Shown here: in pieces, positions 19,697 to 31,086 of the stretch
Position numbering within the stretch: position 1 is the stretch's first letter
How the letters are laid out: each line of letters starts with the position of its first letter
Source: Alphaproteobacteria bacterium
Lineage (GTDB): Bacteria; Pseudomonadota; Alphaproteobacteria; GCA-2731375
NCBI GenBank assembly: GCA_965225945.1
Contig: CBDDBZ010000039.1
Coordinates: 576,001-640,000 of the forward strand
Length of the DNA stretch: 64,000 bases
Direction: 5' to 3'
Program-made: the position numbers and the translations under genes
Notes under the pieces: model-generated
What the model was told of the DNA's origin: nothing
Seen by the model: the letters and a program-made list of their open reading frames with translations, nothing else
Databases searched by the model: none

Positions 19697-20688
19697 GCGA
19701 CCTCGAGCATGGCTTTTGCGTCGCGCCGATGATGGACTGGACCGATCGGCATTGCCGCTATTTCCACCGCCAGCTCAGCCGCCGCGCGCTGCTGCACACC
19801 GAGATGGTGACGGCGGAGGCGGTGATCCGGGGCGATCGGGAACGTCTGCTGGGCTTCGATCCGGCCGAGCATCCCGTGGTCCTGCAAGTGGCCGGGGCTG
19901 AGGCGGATCGCTTGGCGCTGGCGGCCGAGATCGGCGCTGGGTGGGGCTACGACGCCCTCAATCTCAACGTCGGCTGTCCGAGCGAGAGGGTCCGCTCCGC
20001 CCGCTTCGGTGCCTGCCTGATGGCGGAACCGGAGAGGGTGGCGGCCGGCGTGGCGGCGATGAAGCGTGCCTCGGGCCTGGCCGTCAGCGTCAAGTGCCGC
20101 ATCGGCATCGACGGCCGCGAGAGCCGGGAGGAGTTTCACCATTTCGTCGAGACGGTCGCCGAGGCCGGCTGCCGGACCTTCATCGTGCACGCGCGGATCG
20201 CCGTCCTGGCGGGGCTCAGTCCGAAGCAGAACCGAGAAGCCCCGCCGCTGAACTACGATTTCCCCCACGGGCTCAAGCGGGCGCGGCCGGAGCTCGAGAT
20301 CGTGGTGAACGGCGCCATCTCGGCGTGGGACGACGTGGCGCACCATCTGGCCCGCGCCGACGGGGTGATGATGGGGCGCGAGGCGTACGGCAATCCCTAT
20401 GTCCTGGCGGCCGTCGACGGTCGGACCTGGAACGATTCGACGCCGCCGCCGAGCCGGGCCGAGGTGGTGGCGCGCATGCTGCCCTATATCGCGGCGCGGC
20501 TGGCCGCCGGCACGCCGTTGCATGCGATGACGCGGCACTTGCTGGGCCTCTACAACGGCCGCCCCGGCGCGCGCGCCTGGCGGCGCTATCTGAGCGAGAA
20601 CGCGCGTGGCGGCGGCATCGAGGTGGTGCGCCACGCCCTGGCCCTGGTGGAACCCGCCGGCGAGGAAGACATCCGCCGCTGCGCCTGA
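19693..20688 (+). CDS. dusA: tRNA dihydrouridine(20/20a) synthase
   Basis: [32 protein letters not shown] and GLSPKQNR. Confidence 0.95.
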   Translation: MSDLEHGFCVAPMMDWTDRHCRYFHRQLSRRALLHTEMVTAEAVIRGDRERLLGFDPAEHPVVLQVAGAEADRLALAAEIGAGWGYDALNLNVGCPSERVRSARFGACLMAEPERVAAGVAAMKRASGLAVSVKCRIGIDGRESREEFHHFVETVAEAGCRTFIVHARIAVLAGLSPKQNREAPPLNYDFPHGLKRARPELEIVVNGAISAWDDVAHHLARADGVMMGREAYGNPYVLAAVDGRTWNDSTPPPSRAEVVARMLPYIAARLAAGTPLHAMTRHLLGLYNGRPGARAWRRYLSENARGGGIEVVRHALALVEPAGEEDIRRCA

Positions 20689-20713
20689 ACGGCGTCAGCG
20701 ATGCTCGGCGCGG
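20654..20713 (+). repeat. Direct repeat copy 1 (dusA 3' end junction)
   Basis: CCGCCGGCGAGGAAGACATCCGCCGCTGCGCCTGA... matches 21032-21091 at 34/35 in the core and with about 6 mismatches over 60 bp. Confidence 0.9.
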
Positions 20714-20726
20714 AAGGCGGGAAAAA

Positions 20727-20996
20727 ATGAAAGAGAAGAATATCAAAGACGTATACTTGGATGATCTGGCCGCGATGGAAGACCGGATCCGAGTCGAAGC
20801 GCCCGACGGTCCGACTTTCGGACCGGAGTTCTGGAAGAGCGCCAAAATCGTCTACCCCAAGGTTCCGAAAGATCGCCTGACGGTGCGCTTCGACCGTGAC
20901 ATGGTGGAATGGTTCAAGGCGCGGGGCAAAGGCTACCAGACCCGCACGAACGCCGTACTCCGAAGCTTCTACGAGGCTCGGAGAGATATGAAATGA
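20727..20996 (+). CDS. BrnA-family antitoxin (orphan)
   Basis: EFWKSAKIVYP..K..LTVRFDRDMVEWFKARGKGYQTRTNAVLR; AT-richer than flanks. Confidence 0.88.
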   Translation: MKEKNIKDVYLDDLAAMEDRIRVEAPDGPTFGPEFWKSAKIVYPKVPKDRLTVRFDRDMVEWFKARGKGYQTRTNAVLRSFYEARRDMK

Positions 20997-21031
20997 TGAA
21001 TTCCAAGAAGGGCTTTTTATAGGGAACAAAT

Positions 21032-21091
21032 CCGCCGGCGAGGAAGACATCCGCCGTTGCGCCTGAGCGGCCTCAGCGGTTCTCGGCGAGG
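21032..21091 (+). repeat. Direct repeat copy 2
   Basis: Matches copy 1 and contains the stop codon of the NAPRTase-like gene on the minus strand. Confidence 0.9.
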
Positions 21092-22203
21092 CGGGTCAGC
21101 AGGAATTCGCGCCCGACCTTGACCGAAGGGCGCCCGCCATAGGCGACGATGTCGGCCGTGGCATAAGTCTCGCGCCAGTTCTCCGGCAGGTAGGAACCGG
21201 TGCCGACGACGTCGATCGGCGCCTTCACCGCGCCCATGACCCGACATTTCGCCGGATTGAAGCCGGAACTGGCGACGATTTTGACCTCGGGGTAGCCGGC
21301 GCCGTCGAGCCTTTCGCGCAGGTGGTAGATCGCCGCCGCCGAGACGCCGGTGCCGACCAGCCAACGCAGCTCGTCTTCGGTCCGATACTGGCGCACCGCC
21401 TTGGGTGCGTGGCGCTCCAGCACGGCGTATGATTTCGGCGGGTCGAGGCCTTCGAGGAAACGACCCCCATGGGTGTCGAGCCGGACCGAGACCCGTCCCG
21501 CCGCCGCCATCTCGGGAAAGCGCTGGCAGACGGCGAGGGAATCCGACACTTCCCGCCCGAAATAATCGACCAGGACGGTCAGCGCATCGTCGGGAAAGCT
21601 TTCGACGAACATCTCGGCGGCCCGGACCGTGTCGCCGGCATAGCCGATCAGCGCGTGCGGCATCGTTCCCATGCCGCCGGCGCCGCCGAAATAGGGCGCG
21701 GTGGCGTCCGAGGCGCAGCCGATGAAGCCCTTGGCGCCGTTCTCGCGCCGGGCCGCCTCGCTGCCGACGCTCGCCGCATAGGCCATCATTTCGGCCATCT
21801 CGGCGCCGGCGCAGTGGCGGGCATCCATGGCGAGGAAGGCGCACGCCGGCATGTCACGGCACATCATATAGGCGTTGTAGGCGGCGACGCAGGCGGGTCC
21901 CAGCTTCTGCAGGTAGATCGTCTCCAGGTCCACCAGGTGAAACAGCGACCCGGTCAGATAGACCAGCGGCTCGCCGGCGCCGACCCAGGCGCCCTCTTGG
22001 TGACAGAGGCGGATCTCGATCTCGATGCCGCGGGCCTCGGCGACCCTGGTGATCCACTCGGCCATGAGGCGCGGCGTGAAGATCACCGGCCGGCGCATGA
22101 ACAGCGCATAGGTGACGTCGACGTCGCCGTTCGCCTCGACGATCCGCTTGGTGCGCTTGAAGTAGTGATCGACGCGCCCGGAAATATCGTCTTCCAGATC
22201 CAT
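21073..22203 (-). CDS. Nicotinate phosphoribosyltransferase-like protein
   Basis: DHYF, AMDARH, GTMPHALIG, LVDYF, VRLDT, IVASSGF and ATADIV. Confidence 0.85.
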   Translation of the reverse strand: MDLEDDISGRVDHYFKRTKRIVEANGDVDVTYALFMRRPVIFTPRLMAEWITRVAEARGIEIEIRLCHQEGAWVGAGEPLVYLTGSLFHLVDLETIYLQKLGPACVAAYNAYMMCRDMPACAFLAMDARHCAGAEMAEMMAYAASVGSEAARRENGAKGFIGCASDATAPYFGGAGGMGTMPHALIGYAGDTVRAAEMFVESFPDDALTVLVDYFGREVSDSLAVCQRFPEMAAAGRVSVRLDTHGGRFLEGLDPPKSYAVLERHAPKAVRQYRTEDELRWLVGTGVSAAAIYHLRERLDGAGYPEVKIVASSGFNPAKCRVMGAVKAPIDVVGTGSYLPENWRETYATADIVAYGGRPSVKVGREFLLTRLAENR

Positions 22204-22233
22204 CGCCGCGTCCTCCAGCCGGCTCCGGCGCCC

Positions 22234-23622
22234 CTATTCGGCGGCGGCGGTCCTGAGCGGCGCCGCCCCGCGCTGCTGCTTCAGGGTCTCGGCGACCAGG
22301 AAGGAGAGCTCGAGGGCCTGCGAGGCGTTCAGGCGCGGATCGCAATGGGTATGATAGCGAGAGCCGAGTTGCGTCTCGTCGATCAACTGCGCGCCGCCGA
22401 CGCATTCCGTCACGTCCTTGCCGGTCATCTCGACGTGGATCCCGCCGGCGTGCGTCCCCTCGCCCTGATGGACGGCGAAGAAGCCGCGCACCTCGGCCAG
22501 GATGCGGTCGAAGGAGCGGGTCTTGTAGCCGGTCGAGGATTTGTGCGTGTTGCCGTGCATCGGATCGCAGGACCACACGATCGCCAACCCCTCCCGCTCG
22601 GCGGCGCGGATCAAGGGCGGCAGCTTCTCCAGCACAGACTCGGATCCCATGCGGCAGATCACCGTCAAGCGCCCGGGCTCGTTATTTGGATTGAGCAGGC
22701 CGGCGAGCTGGACCAACTCTTCCGCCTCCAGGCTCGGCCCGGCCTTGAGGCCGATCGGATTTTCGATCCCGCGGCAATATTCCACGTGGCCGCCGTCGAG
22801 CTGGCGGGTGCGATCGCCGATCCACACGAAATGCGCCGAGGTGGCGAACCAGCCGCCGCTGCGGGTGATGGTATCGCGCCGTGTCAGCGCCTCCTCGTAG
22901 GGCAGAAGCAAGGCCTCGTGGGAGGTGTAGAAGGCGGTTTGACGAACTTCCGGCACCTTGTCGCCGGTGATGCCGCAGGCCTCCATGAAGTCGAGAACCT
23001 CGGTGATCCGGTCGGCCATGTCGCGGTAGCGGGCGGCCGCCTCGGTGCCCTCGACAAAGCCGAGATTCCAGCGATGCACCGCGTGCAGATCGCCATAGCC
23101 GCCCTGGGCGAAGGCGCGGATCAGGTTGAGCGTCGCCGCCGCCTGGCTGTAGGCCTGCAACAGCCGTTCGGGATCGGGACGGCGCGAGGCCTCGTCGAAG
23201 TCGATGCCGTTGACGATGTCGCCCCGGTAGGTCGGCAGCTCGAGGCCGGCTTGCGTCTCCGTCGGCGCCGAGCGGGGCTTGGCGAACTGACCGGCGATGC
23301 GCCCGACCTTGATCACCGGAAGCGAGCCGCCATAGGTCAAAATCACCGCCATCTGCATCAACACGCGGAAGGTGTCGCGAATGTTGTCGGGATGAAATTC
23401 GGCGAAGCTCTCGGCGCAGTCGCCGCCCTGGAGCAGAAACGCCCTGCCCGCGCAGACCTCGGCCAGTTGGCGCCGCATCTCCAAGGCCTCGCCGGCGAAG
23501 ATCAGGGGCGGAAAGCTCCGGATCTTGTCGATCGTCGCGTCGAGCGCGACCGCGTCGGGATAGTCGGGTTGCTGCTCGACGGGCTTGCCGCGCCAGGCGC
23601 CCAGGCTCCAATTCTCGGCCAT
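22234..23622 (-). CDS. Class II DAHP synthase
   Basis: [38 protein letters not shown] and CDPRLN. Confidence 0.96.
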   Translation of the reverse strand: MAENWSLGAWRGKPVEQQPDYPDAVALDATIDKIRSFPPLIFAGEALEMRRQLAEVCAGRAFLLQGGDCAESFAEFHPDNIRDTFRVLMQMAVILTYGGSLPVIKVGRIAGQFAKPRSAPTETQAGLELPTYRGDIVNGIDFDEASRRPDPERLLQAYSQAAATLNLIRAFAQGGYGDLHAVHRWNLGFVEGTEAAARYRDMADRITEVLDFMEACGITGDKVPEVRQTAFYTSHEALLLPYEEALTRRDTITRSGGWFATSAHFVWIGDRTRQLDGGHVEYCRGIENPIGLKAGPSLEAEELVQLAGLLNPNNEPGRLTVICRMGSESVLEKLPPLIRAAEREGLAIVWSCDPMHGNTHKSSTGYKTRSFDRILAEVRGFFAVHQGEGTHAGGIHVEMTGKDVTECVGGAQLIDETQLGSRYHTHCDPRLNASQALELSFLVAETLKQQRGAAPLRTAAAE

Positions 23623-23718
23623 CCACCTATCCTCGCCGGAAAAATGAGGCGCCTTGTATACCCCTCCGCCCCACCGATGCAAAGACCAGGCGATGCAAGG
23701 AAATGCGGGCGGCCGAAA

Positions 23719-25089
23719 TTATTCCGCCGCGGCTGCCTGTTCGGGCGCGACCTTGGTGCGAAGAGTGACGAACTCCTCCGCCGCCGTCGGATGAATCCCC
23801 ACCGTAGCGTCGAACTGCGCCTTGGTCGCCCCGCATTTGAGCGCGACGCCCGCGAGCTGGACGATTTCCGGCCCGTCCGCGCCCATTATGTGGACGCCGA
23901 GCACCCGCTCGCTCGCCGCGTCGACCACCAGCTTCACCAGCGTGGTCTCCTCGCGCCCGGTGAGCGTGTGTTTGAGCGGGCGGAAGCGGGTCCGATAGAT
24001 GTCGATTTCGCCGTGCCGCGCTCGGGCCTCGGCTTCGCTCAGCCCGACGGTGCCGATCGGCGGATGAGAGAAGACGGCGGAGGCGACGTCGCGATGATCG
24101 GGCTTGCGCGCCGAACCACCGAATTCGGTGTCGGCGAAGGCATGGCCTTCCATGATCGCCACCGGCGTCAGATTGATGCGATCGGTGACGTCGCCGATGG
24201 CGAAGATGTTGTCGCGGCTGGTGCGGCTCCATTCGTCGACCACGACGGCGCCGCTGGGGCTGAGCGCGACGCCCGCGTCCTCCAGGCCCAATTCGGCAGT
24301 ATTGGGATGGCGGCCGGTCGCGAACATCACCTCGTCGCAGGCCAGCATCCCGCCGTCGGTCAGTCGAAGCGCGAGACCCTCCGCCGTTCGCTCGATCGCC
24401 GTGACGTTGACGCCGACGCGAAGGTCGATCCCCTGCTTGACGATCTCCTCGGCCAAGGCGTGGCGAAGGTCGTCGTCGAAGCCGCGCAGGATCTGTTCGC
24501 CCCGATAGAGCTCCGTCACCCGCGCCCCGAGGCCGTGGAAAATGTTGGCGAATTCGACCGCGATGTAGCCGCCGCCGACAATGACCACATGCTCCGGCAG
24601 GCGCGCCAGTTGAAATGCCCCGTTGGAGCTGATCGCGTGCTCGATGCCGGGAAGCGGCGGCAGCGTCGGCGTGCCGCCGCAGGCGATCAGGATCTTCTCG
24701 GCAGTCACACGCTGGCCGCCGAGCTCGACCGTGTGGCGGTCCACCAACCGCGCGCGATCATGCAAGGCGGTAACGCCGGCATCTTTCAGCAAGCGTTCGT
24801 AGATGGCGTTGAGCCGGTCGATTTCCTGGTCCTTGGCCGCGATCAGCCGGGCCCAATCGAAGCTCGGCTCGCCGACCTCCCAGCCGTAGGACGCGGCATC
24901 CTCGAAGTCGTGGCTGAAATGCGCGGCATAGACCAGCAGCTTCTTCGGAATGCAGCCGCGAATGACGCACGTCCCGCCGTAGCGGTACTCCTCGGCGATG
25001 GCGACCCGCGCGCCGTGGCCGCCGGCGATGCGGGCCGCCCGGACGCCCCCCGAACCGCCACCGATGACGAAGAGATCGAAGTCGTGCAT
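23719..25089 (-). CDS. gor: Glutathione-disulfide reductase
   Basis: GGGSGG, GGTCVIRGCIPKK and GIHPTAAEEFV. Confidence 0.95.
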   Translation of the reverse strand: MHDFDLFVIGGGSGGVRAARIAGGHGARVAIAEEYRYGGTCVIRGCIPKKLLVYAAHFSHDFEDAASYGWEVGEPSFDWARLIAAKDQEIDRLNAIYERLLKDAGVTALHDRARLVDRHTVELGGQRVTAEKILIACGGTPTLPPLPGIEHAISSNGAFQLARLPEHVVIVGGGYIAVEFANIFHGLGARVTELYRGEQILRGFDDDLRHALAEEIVKQGIDLRVGVNVTAIERTAEGLALRLTDGGMLACDEVMFATGRHPNTAELGLEDAGVALSPSGAVVVDEWSRTSRDNIFAIGDVTDRINLTPVAIMEGHAFADTEFGGSARKPDHRDVASAVFSHPPIGTVGLSEAEARARHGEIDIYRTRFRPLKHTLTGREETTLVKLVVDAASERVLGVHIMGADGPEIVQLAGVALKCGATKAQFDATVGIHPTAAEEFVTLRTKVAPEQAAAAE

Positions 25090-25372
25090 GCTCACCGGCC
25101 AGCTTCCCGCGTTATCGGTCGCGCGGTGCACGGCAGCATGAAAGGCGCGACGCGTCAATTACCTCTACCACGCCGGCCGCGCGCCACGCCTCAATATCGC
25201 CACATTGGATCGATAGACGAAAGCCTTACGGAGTGTTAGGGGTAAACGCGCATGAAAACACAATATCTGGTATGATTGCACCCCGTCTTGGATGGATATG
25301 CGTCGTTCGCGCGCCACCGGTCGTGGCGCGACGTGACCCGGACCATCGCTCGAATAAGGGTTTCGTGAGCCC

Positions 25373-26122
25373 ATGGCCGGCCATTCACAGTTCAAGAACA
25401 TCATGTACCGGAAGGGGGCCCAGGACGCCAAGCGCGCCAAGGTCTTCACCAAGCTGATCAAGGAAATCACCGTGGCGGCGCGAACCGGTCAGCCCGATCC
25501 CGACATCAATCCGAGGCTGCGCGCGGCGATCCAAGCGGCGCGCGCAGCGAACATGCCGCGCGACAACATCGAGCGGGCGATCAAGCGGGCGACGGCGAGC
25601 GGTGAGGGCGACGCCTATGAGGAGATTCGCTACGAAGGCTTCGGGCCCGGCGGCATCGGCGTCATCGTCGAAGCGCTGACCGACAACCGCAATCGCACCG
25701 CCGCGGAAATCCGCGGCCTCTTTCTCAAAGCTGGCGGACACCTCGGCGAGACCGGCAGCGTCTCCTACCTGTTCGATCGGGTCGGCGCGATCCAGCTCGC
25801 GGCCGAGGTGGGAACGGGTGACGAGGTCTTCGAGGCCGCCGTCGAGGTGGGCGCCGACGACGTCGAAAGTAGCGAGGACGGTCACGAGATCATCTGCGCG
25901 CCGGATTCGCTCCATGCCGTGCGTGAAAGCCTGGAGGCCCACTTCGGCGAACCGAGGAGTGCTGCGCTCGCCTGGCGGCCGCGGACCACGGTGGCGGTCG
26001 ACGAGGAGAAGGCTCAGACCCTGTTCCGCCTGCTCGAGGGCTTGGACGACAACGACGACGTGCAGCGGGTCGCCGCCAATTTCGACGTCGCCGACGATGT
26101 CATGGCGCTCTTGAAGGCGTGA
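25373..26122 (+). CDS. yebC: YebC/PmpR family protein
   Basis: [18 protein letters not shown] and TDNRNRT. Confidence 0.96.
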   Translation: MAGHSQFKNIMYRKGAQDAKRAKVFTKLIKEITVAARTGQPDPDINPRLRAAIQAARAANMPRDNIERAIKRATASGEGDAYEEIRYEGFGPGGIGVIVEALTDNRNRTAAEIRGLFLKAGGHLGETGSVSYLFDRVGAIQLAAEVGTGDEVFEAAVEVGADDVESSEDGHEIICAPDSLHAVRESLEAHFGEPRSAALAWRPRTTVAVDEEKAQTLFRLLEGLDDNDDVQRVAANFDVADDVMALLKA

Positions 26123-26661
26123 GCGAGGGTGCCATGCGCATCATCGGATTGGACCCGGGCCTGCGCCGCACCGGTTGGGGGGTCATCGAGGCGGAGGGCA
26201 ATCAGCTTCGCCACCTCGCCCACGGCCGCGTCGCCGTCGGGCCTGACCAATCGCTGGCCGCGCGGCTCTGCGAGCTGTTCGAGGCGCTCGGCGAGGTGAT
26301 CGCGGAGCACCGGCCGGGCGAGGCGGCGGTGGAGGAGACCTTCGTCAACAAGAACCCGGCCTCGACCTTGAAGCTGGGCCAGGCCCGAGGCGCCGTGCTG
26401 CTGGCGGCGGCGACGGCGGGTCTGCCGGTCGCGGAGTACACCCCCAACCTGATCAAGAAGTCGATCGTCGGCACCGGCCACGCGGAAAAACGGCAAGTCC
26501 AGGCGATGGTGACGATTCTGCTGCCGGGCGTGACGCGAGCCGATGCCGCGGCGCTCGACGCGGACGCCGCCGACGCGCTGGCCGTCGCCATCTGTCATGC
26601 CCATCTCAGGGCGACGGCATGGCGCGTCGGCGCCGCCATGACGGCGGGAGGGGCGCCATGA
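26119..26661 (+). CDS. ruvC: Holliday junction resolvase
   Basis: [14 protein letters not shown] and [12 protein letters not shown]. Confidence 0.96.
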   Translation: MSEGAMRIIGLDPGLRRTGWGVIEAEGNQLRHLAHGRVAVGPDQSLAARLCELFEALGEVIAEHRPGEAAVEETFVNKNPASTLKLGQARGAVLLAAATAGLPVAEYTPNLIKKSIVGTGHAEKRQVQAMVTILLPGVTRADAAALDADAADALAVAICHAHLRATAWRVGAAMTAGGAP

Positions 26662-27263
26662 TCGCCCGCCTCACCGGCCGGGTCGGCGAGGCTGGATCGG
26701 ACCGGGTCGTCGTCGACGTCGGTGGCGTCGGCTATCTGGTGTTCTGCTCCGCCCGGACCTTGGCCGGGCTGCCGGGCGAGGGCGAGGCGAGCCTGCATAT
26801 CGAGACCCACGTCCGGGAGGATCACATCCACCTTTACGGCTTCCTGGAGCCTTCGGAGCGCGACTGGTTCAACCTGCTGCGCGGCGTGCAGGGCGTCGGC
26901 GCTCGGCTCGCCCTCGCCATCCTCTCGGCGTTGGCGCCGGTGGAGCTGATGCAGGCGATCGCCGCCGGCGAGAAGACCATGTTGACCCGGGCACCGGGCG
27001 TCGGGGCTAAACTGGCCGCGCGCTTGATCACCGAGCTCAAGGACAAGGTCGCAGGCCTCTCTCTCGGCCCGGCGGCGGGGCTCGACGGCGGCGCGGCGGC
27101 GCCCCTAGGGCCTGAGAGCGATGCCGTCTCCGCGCTGGTCAATCTCGGCTATCGGCCGGCCGACGCGGCGAGCGCCGTGCGCGACGCCAGCCGGAAATTC
27201 GGCGACGAGGAGGTCAATCTCGAAAGCCTGATCCGCGGCGGCCTCGAGGAGTTGGTGTCGTGA
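26658..27263 (+). CDS. ruvA: Holliday junction branch migration protein
   Basis: [18 protein letters not shown] and ALVNLGY. Confidence 0.96.
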   Translation: MIARLTGRVGEAGSDRVVVDVGGVGYLVFCSARTLAGLPGEGEASLHIETHVREDHIHLYGFLEPSERDWFNLLRGVQGVGARLALAILSALAPVELMQAIAAGEKTMLTRAPGVGAKLAARLITELKDKVAGLSLGPAAGLDGGAAAPLGPESDAVSALVNLGYRPADAASAVRDASRKFGDEEVNLESLIRGGLEELVS

Positions 27264-28312
27264 GCGACGGCGGGCTCCAGCGTCTGGTCGGCGGCGAGGC
27301 CGGCCAGCACGACGTCGCCGAGATCGGAATCCGCCCGCAACGCCTGGACGAGTTCGTCGGACAGGCCGAGGAACGGCGCAACCTCGCCGTCTACATCGAG
27401 GCCGCCAGGCGACGCGGCGAGGCGCTGGACCACGTGCTGTTTCACGGCCCCCCCGGCCTCGGCAAGACGACCTTGGCGCAGATCGTCGCACGCGAACTCG
27501 GCGTCGGCTTCCGCGCGACCTCGGGTCCGGTGATCGTCAAGGCGGGGGATCTCGCCGCCATCCTGACCCACCTGCAGGAGCGCGACGTCCTGTTCATCGA
27601 CGAAATTCACCGCCTCAATCCGGCGGTCGAGGAGATCCTCTATCCGGCGATGGAGGACTTTCAGCTCGACTTGATGATCGGCGAAGGGCCGGCGGCCCGC
27701 AGTGTCAGGATCGATCTGGCGCCCTTCACCTTGGTCGGCGCGACCACGCGATCGGGCCTGATCACCTCACCGCTGCGCGAGCGCTTCGGAATCCCGATCC
27801 GGCTCAACTTTTACAATGTCGAGGAATTGGAGGAGATCGTGCGCCGCGGCGCCGGCGTGCTCGACATGGCACTGGCGGCGGACGGCGCGCGCGAGATCGC
27901 CAAGCGCTCGCGTGGCACGCCCCGGGTCGCGGTTCGCCTGTTGCGCCGGGTCCGCGACTTCGCCGAGGTCTCGGGCGCCGGCAGAATCGACGCGGTGAAG
28001 GCCGACGCCGCGCTTCTTCGCCTGGCCGTCGATGCCCGCGGCCTCGACGCCATGGACCGCCGCTACCTCGCCCTTATCGTCGAGAGCTTCGGCGGCGGCC
28101 CGGTGGGCGTGGAGACGATCGCCGCCGCGCTCTCGGAGCCGCGCGACGCGATCGAGGAGATCATCGAGCCGTTTCTGGTCCAGCAGGGCCTGGTGCATCG
28201 GACGCCGCGTGGCCGTATGGCGACGCCGGCGGCCTACGAGCACTTGGGGCTGGCGGCGCCATCCACCGGCGGCGACCAGCTCGATCTCCTCGGCTCGGAC
28301 GGCGCGACGTGA
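27260..28312 (+). CDS. ruvB: Holliday junction branch migration helicase
   Basis: [17 protein letters not shown] and RTPRGR. Confidence 0.97.
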   Translation: MSDGGLQRLVGGEAGQHDVAEIGIRPQRLDEFVGQAEERRNLAVYIEAARRRGEALDHVLFHGPPGLGKTTLAQIVARELGVGFRATSGPVIVKAGDLAAILTHLQERDVLFIDEIHRLNPAVEEILYPAMEDFQLDLMIGEGPAARSVRIDLAPFTLVGATTRSGLITSPLRERFGIPIRLNFYNVEELEEIVRRGAGVLDMALAADGAREIAKRSRGTPRVAVRLLRRVRDFAEVSGAGRIDAVKADAALLRLAVDARGLDAMDRRYLALIVESFGGGPVGVETIAAALSEPRDAIEEIIEPFLVQQGLVHRTPRGRMATPAAYEHLGLAAPSTGGDQLDLLGSDGAT

Positions 28313-28770
28313 TGAGCACTCCCCGGACGAGGCCCGCCTCGCACCACCCGCCGGCATCGGCACATCGCTTCGGGCTTCGCGTCTATTGGGAGGACACGGA
28401 TGCCGCCGGCATCGTCTATTACGCCGACTACCTGCGCTTCATCGAGCGGGCGCGCAGCGATCTAGTGCGCCGCGCGGGGATCGACCAGGCGGCGCTCCTG
28501 GCCGAGGCGGGGATCGCCTTCCAGGTGCGTCGTTGCGTCGTCGACTATCTAGCCCCGGCCCGGCTCGACGACGAGTTGGTGGTCGAGACCCGGCTCCACC
28601 GCCTCGCCGGCGCGCGAATGGAGATGACCCAAACGGTGACCCGCGATGGCGACGATCTGGTTCGCTGCGAGGTCTCGCTCGCCTGCGTCGGACCCGGCGC
28701 TCGGCCGCGCCGCATCCCGGGCGAGGTGCGTCGCGCCCTCGCCCTCCGAACCACAAAGTTGGAAAGCTGA
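28312..28770 (+). CDS. ybgC: Tol-pal-associated acyl-CoA thioesterase
   Basis: RVYWEDTDAAGIVYYADYL; position before tolQ. Confidence 0.9.
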   Translation: MSTPRTRPASHHPPASAHRFGLRVYWEDTDAAGIVYYADYLRFIERARSDLVRRAGIDQAALLAEAGIAFQVRRCVVDYLAPARLDDELVVETRLHRLAGARMEMTQTVTRDGDDLVRCEVSLACVGPGARPRRIPGEVRRALALRTTKLES

Positions 28771-28773
28771 AGC

Positions 28774-29508
28774 ATGCAACCTCAAGCGGTCGATGCCCTC
28801 GCCCTCGCCGGTTCGGTGGCGGATGTCGACATGTCCCTATGGGGGCTCTTCCTCAAGGCCGACATCGTCGTGAAAATCGTCATCGTGATGCTCTTCATCG
28901 CCTCGATCTGGTGCTGGGCGATCATCATCGAGAAGGTCCTGCGCCTGCGTCGGCTCAGGGCCCAGGCGGACGAATTCGAGGATTCCTTCTGGTCCGGCGG
29001 CAGTCTGGAGGAAATCTACGATCAGATCGGCGGCGAGCCGCAGCACCCGATGGAGATTCTGTTCACCGCGGCAATGCGCGAGTGGCGGCGCTCGACCGCG
29101 CGGGGCATCAGCGACGACAACACGCTCAGGGCCGGCATCCGCGAACGCATCGCCCAGGTGATGCAGGTGACGGTGGGGCGCGAGATGGAGCGGCTGGAGC
29201 GCTATCTGAACTTCCTCGCCACCGTCGGCTCGACCGCGCCGTTCGTCGGTCTCTTCGGCACCGTCTGGGGCATCATGAACAGCTTCCAGGCGATCGCCAT
29301 TTCCAAGGACACCAACCTGGTGGTGGTGGCGCCGGGCATCGCGGAAGCACTATTCGCCACCGCGCTCGGCCTGGTCGCGGCGATCCCGGCGGTCATCGCC
29401 TACAATAAATTCGCCAGCGACCTCGGCCGCTTCGCGACCCGCCTCGAGGGCTTCGCCGGCGAGTTCAACGCCATCCTCTCGCGCCAGCTTGAGGAGGGGC
29501 GCGGCTGA
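28774..29508 (+). CDS. tolQ: TolQ
   Basis: APFVGLFGTVWGIM and PGIAEALFATA. Confidence 0.96.
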   Translation: MQPQAVDALALAGSVADVDMSLWGLFLKADIVVKIVIVMLFIASIWCWAIIIEKVLRLRRLRAQADEFEDSFWSGGSLEEIYDQIGGEPQHPMEILFTAAMREWRRSTARGISDDNTLRAGIRERIAQVMQVTVGREMERLERYLNFLATVGSTAPFVGLFGTVWGIMNSFQAIAISKDTNLVVVAPGIAEALFATALGLVAAIPAVIAYNKFASDLGRFATRLEGFAGEFNAILSRQLEEGRG

Positions 29509-30005
29509 TGGCGATACGACCGGGCAATGGCGAGGTCGTCGTGGCCAGCCGTCGGGTCTATCGGCCCATGTCGGAGATCAACGTCACGCCGTTCGTCGAC
29601 GTCATGTTGGTGCTGCTGGTGGTCTTCATGATAACGGCGCCGCTGCTGACCGTCGGCGTCACGGTGGACCTGCCGGAGAGCCGGGCGAAAGCGATCCCGG
29701 GTTCCGACACGCCGCTCACCGTCTCGATCGACGCCGCGGGTCAGGTCTACCTGCAGGACAGCAGAATTCCGCTCGACGAACTGGTGCCGAAGCTGACGGC
29801 GATCATCGCCGCGCGCGGCGAACGGGGGCGGATTTTCATCCGGGGCGATCGAGCGATCAATTACGGCGCGGTGATGCAGGTGGTGGGAACGCTGAACGCG
29901 GCCGGCTTTCGGCGCGTCGCCCTGGTGACCCATCCGCCCCGCTCGCGGCCCGACCGGCCGGCGAGCGAGAGCGGGCCGAGGACGGAGAGCACGGACGGAA
30001 AGTGA
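29508..30005 (+). CDS. tolR: TolR
   Basis: EINVTPFVDVMLVLL. Confidence 0.95.
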   Translation: MAIRPGNGEVVVASRRVYRPMSEINVTPFVDVMLVLLVVFMITAPLLTVGVTVDLPESRAKAIPGSDTPLTVSIDAAGQVYLQDSRIPLDELVPKLTAIIAARGERGRIFIRGDRAINYGAVMQVVGTLNAAGFRRVALVTHPPRSRPDRPASESGPRTESTDGK

Positions 30006-30014
30006 GCCAAAAGC

Positions 30015-31073
30015 GTGCGCTTCGCCCTCGTCATATCCCTGGCACTCCACGCGAGCCTGATCGTGATGACGGTCTACGGCCTGCCGCATGTGCTAGACCG
30101 GCCACCGGCGGCGGAGCAACCGCTCTTGGTCGAGCTGGTGGAGATCGCCGAGGAGACGACGCCGCAACTACCGGAATTGCAGCCGATCGACGAAACCCGC
30201 CCCGAGGACGTGGCCGAGGCCCGGCCGGCGGCGGCCGAGGAGGCGGAACGGGTGGAGGCGCCGCCGGCCGCCCGGGCGCCGGCACCCGCCCCACCGGCGG
30301 AAGTGAAGGTCGCGCGCGCCGTCCCGAGCCCGGCCGCGCCCCCGCCGCCGCCGGCGCCGGTCCCCGCGGCCAAACCCGCGCCCACCCCGCCGCCCATCCC
30401 CGCGACGTCGGCCAAGCCGGCCGAAATCAAACCGGCCACGCCACCACCACCGCCCGAGGTCAAACCTGCCCAGGCCGAGGAAAAGCCGCCGCCGGAGGTA
30501 AAGCCCCCGCCGCCGCCGCCGAAGCCGATCGAGGGCCGGGCGGTAGAAAGCGCGCCGAAGCCGAAGCCGAAACCGGCGGTGCCGCCCAAGAAGGATTTCG
30601 AAAAGGCGATGAGCCGCGTCGCGGCGCTCCTGGACAAGAGCAAGCGGGACACGCCCGAGGCGGCGAAGCAAGGCGAGCGGGTGACGGCGCCGTCGCCGCG
30701 CGGCGACAAATCGGCGCGTCGCCTCGCCACCACCTCGCCGGCGTGGCTCTCTCAAAAGCTGACCATGCGAGAGATCGACGCGATCCGGCTGCAGATCGAG
30801 CGCTGCTGGTCGATCCCCGCCGGCGCCAGGGAGGCGGGCGAGCTGGTCGTTCGCGTGCGGATTCTACTGAGGCCCGACGGCTCGTTGATTCGCGTCGACA
30901 TCCTCGATCGCGATCGTCTCTACGCCCGCGGCACCTTCTATCGAGCGGCCGCCGACAGCGCGCGGCGCGCGGTCCTCAAATGCATGCCGCTGCGCAATCT
31001 ACCGCCGGAGAAGTACGATGAATGGCGCGAGGTGACGTTGAACTTCAACCCGCGCGAGATGATCGGACGATAG
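30015..31073 (+). CDS. tolA: TolA-like protein
   Basis: TM helix with S..LH, a Pro/Ala/Lys-rich linker and the C-terminal IERCW...ARRAV..C.P; operon position. Confidence 0.88.
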   Translation: MRFALVISLALHASLIVMTVYGLPHVLDRPPAAEQPLLVELVEIAEETTPQLPELQPIDETRPEDVAEARPAAAEEAERVEAPPAARAPAPAPPAEVKVARAVPSPAAPPPPPAPVPAAKPAPTPPPIPATSAKPAEIKPATPPPPPEVKPAQAEEKPPPEVKPPPPPPKPIEGRAVESAPKPKPKPAVPPKKDFEKAMSRVAALLDKSKRDTPEAAKQGERVTAPSPRGDKSARRLATTSPAWLSQKLTMREIDAIRLQIERCWSIPAGAREAGELVVRVRILLRPDGSLIRVDILDRDRLYARGTFYRAAADSARRAVLKCMPLRNLPPEKYDEWREVTLNFNPREMIGR

Positions 31074-31086
31074 CGCCGAACTTTCG

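Noticed and set aside
21469-25239. 1256-aa + strand ORF
   Set aside because: It is the antisense shadow of the NAPRTase, DAHP synthase and gor genes in high-GC DNA and has no recognisable motifs.
25150-25370. AT-rich gor/yebC intergenic patch considered as an OxyR site or 6S RNA
   Set aside because: There is no convincing ATAG-N7-CTAT repeat or long 6S-like rod; it is best explained as divergent promoters.
30200-30600. Short C/G-rich repeats
   Set aside because: They encode the Pro/Ala/Lys linker of TolA and are not a DNA repeat array or CRISPR.
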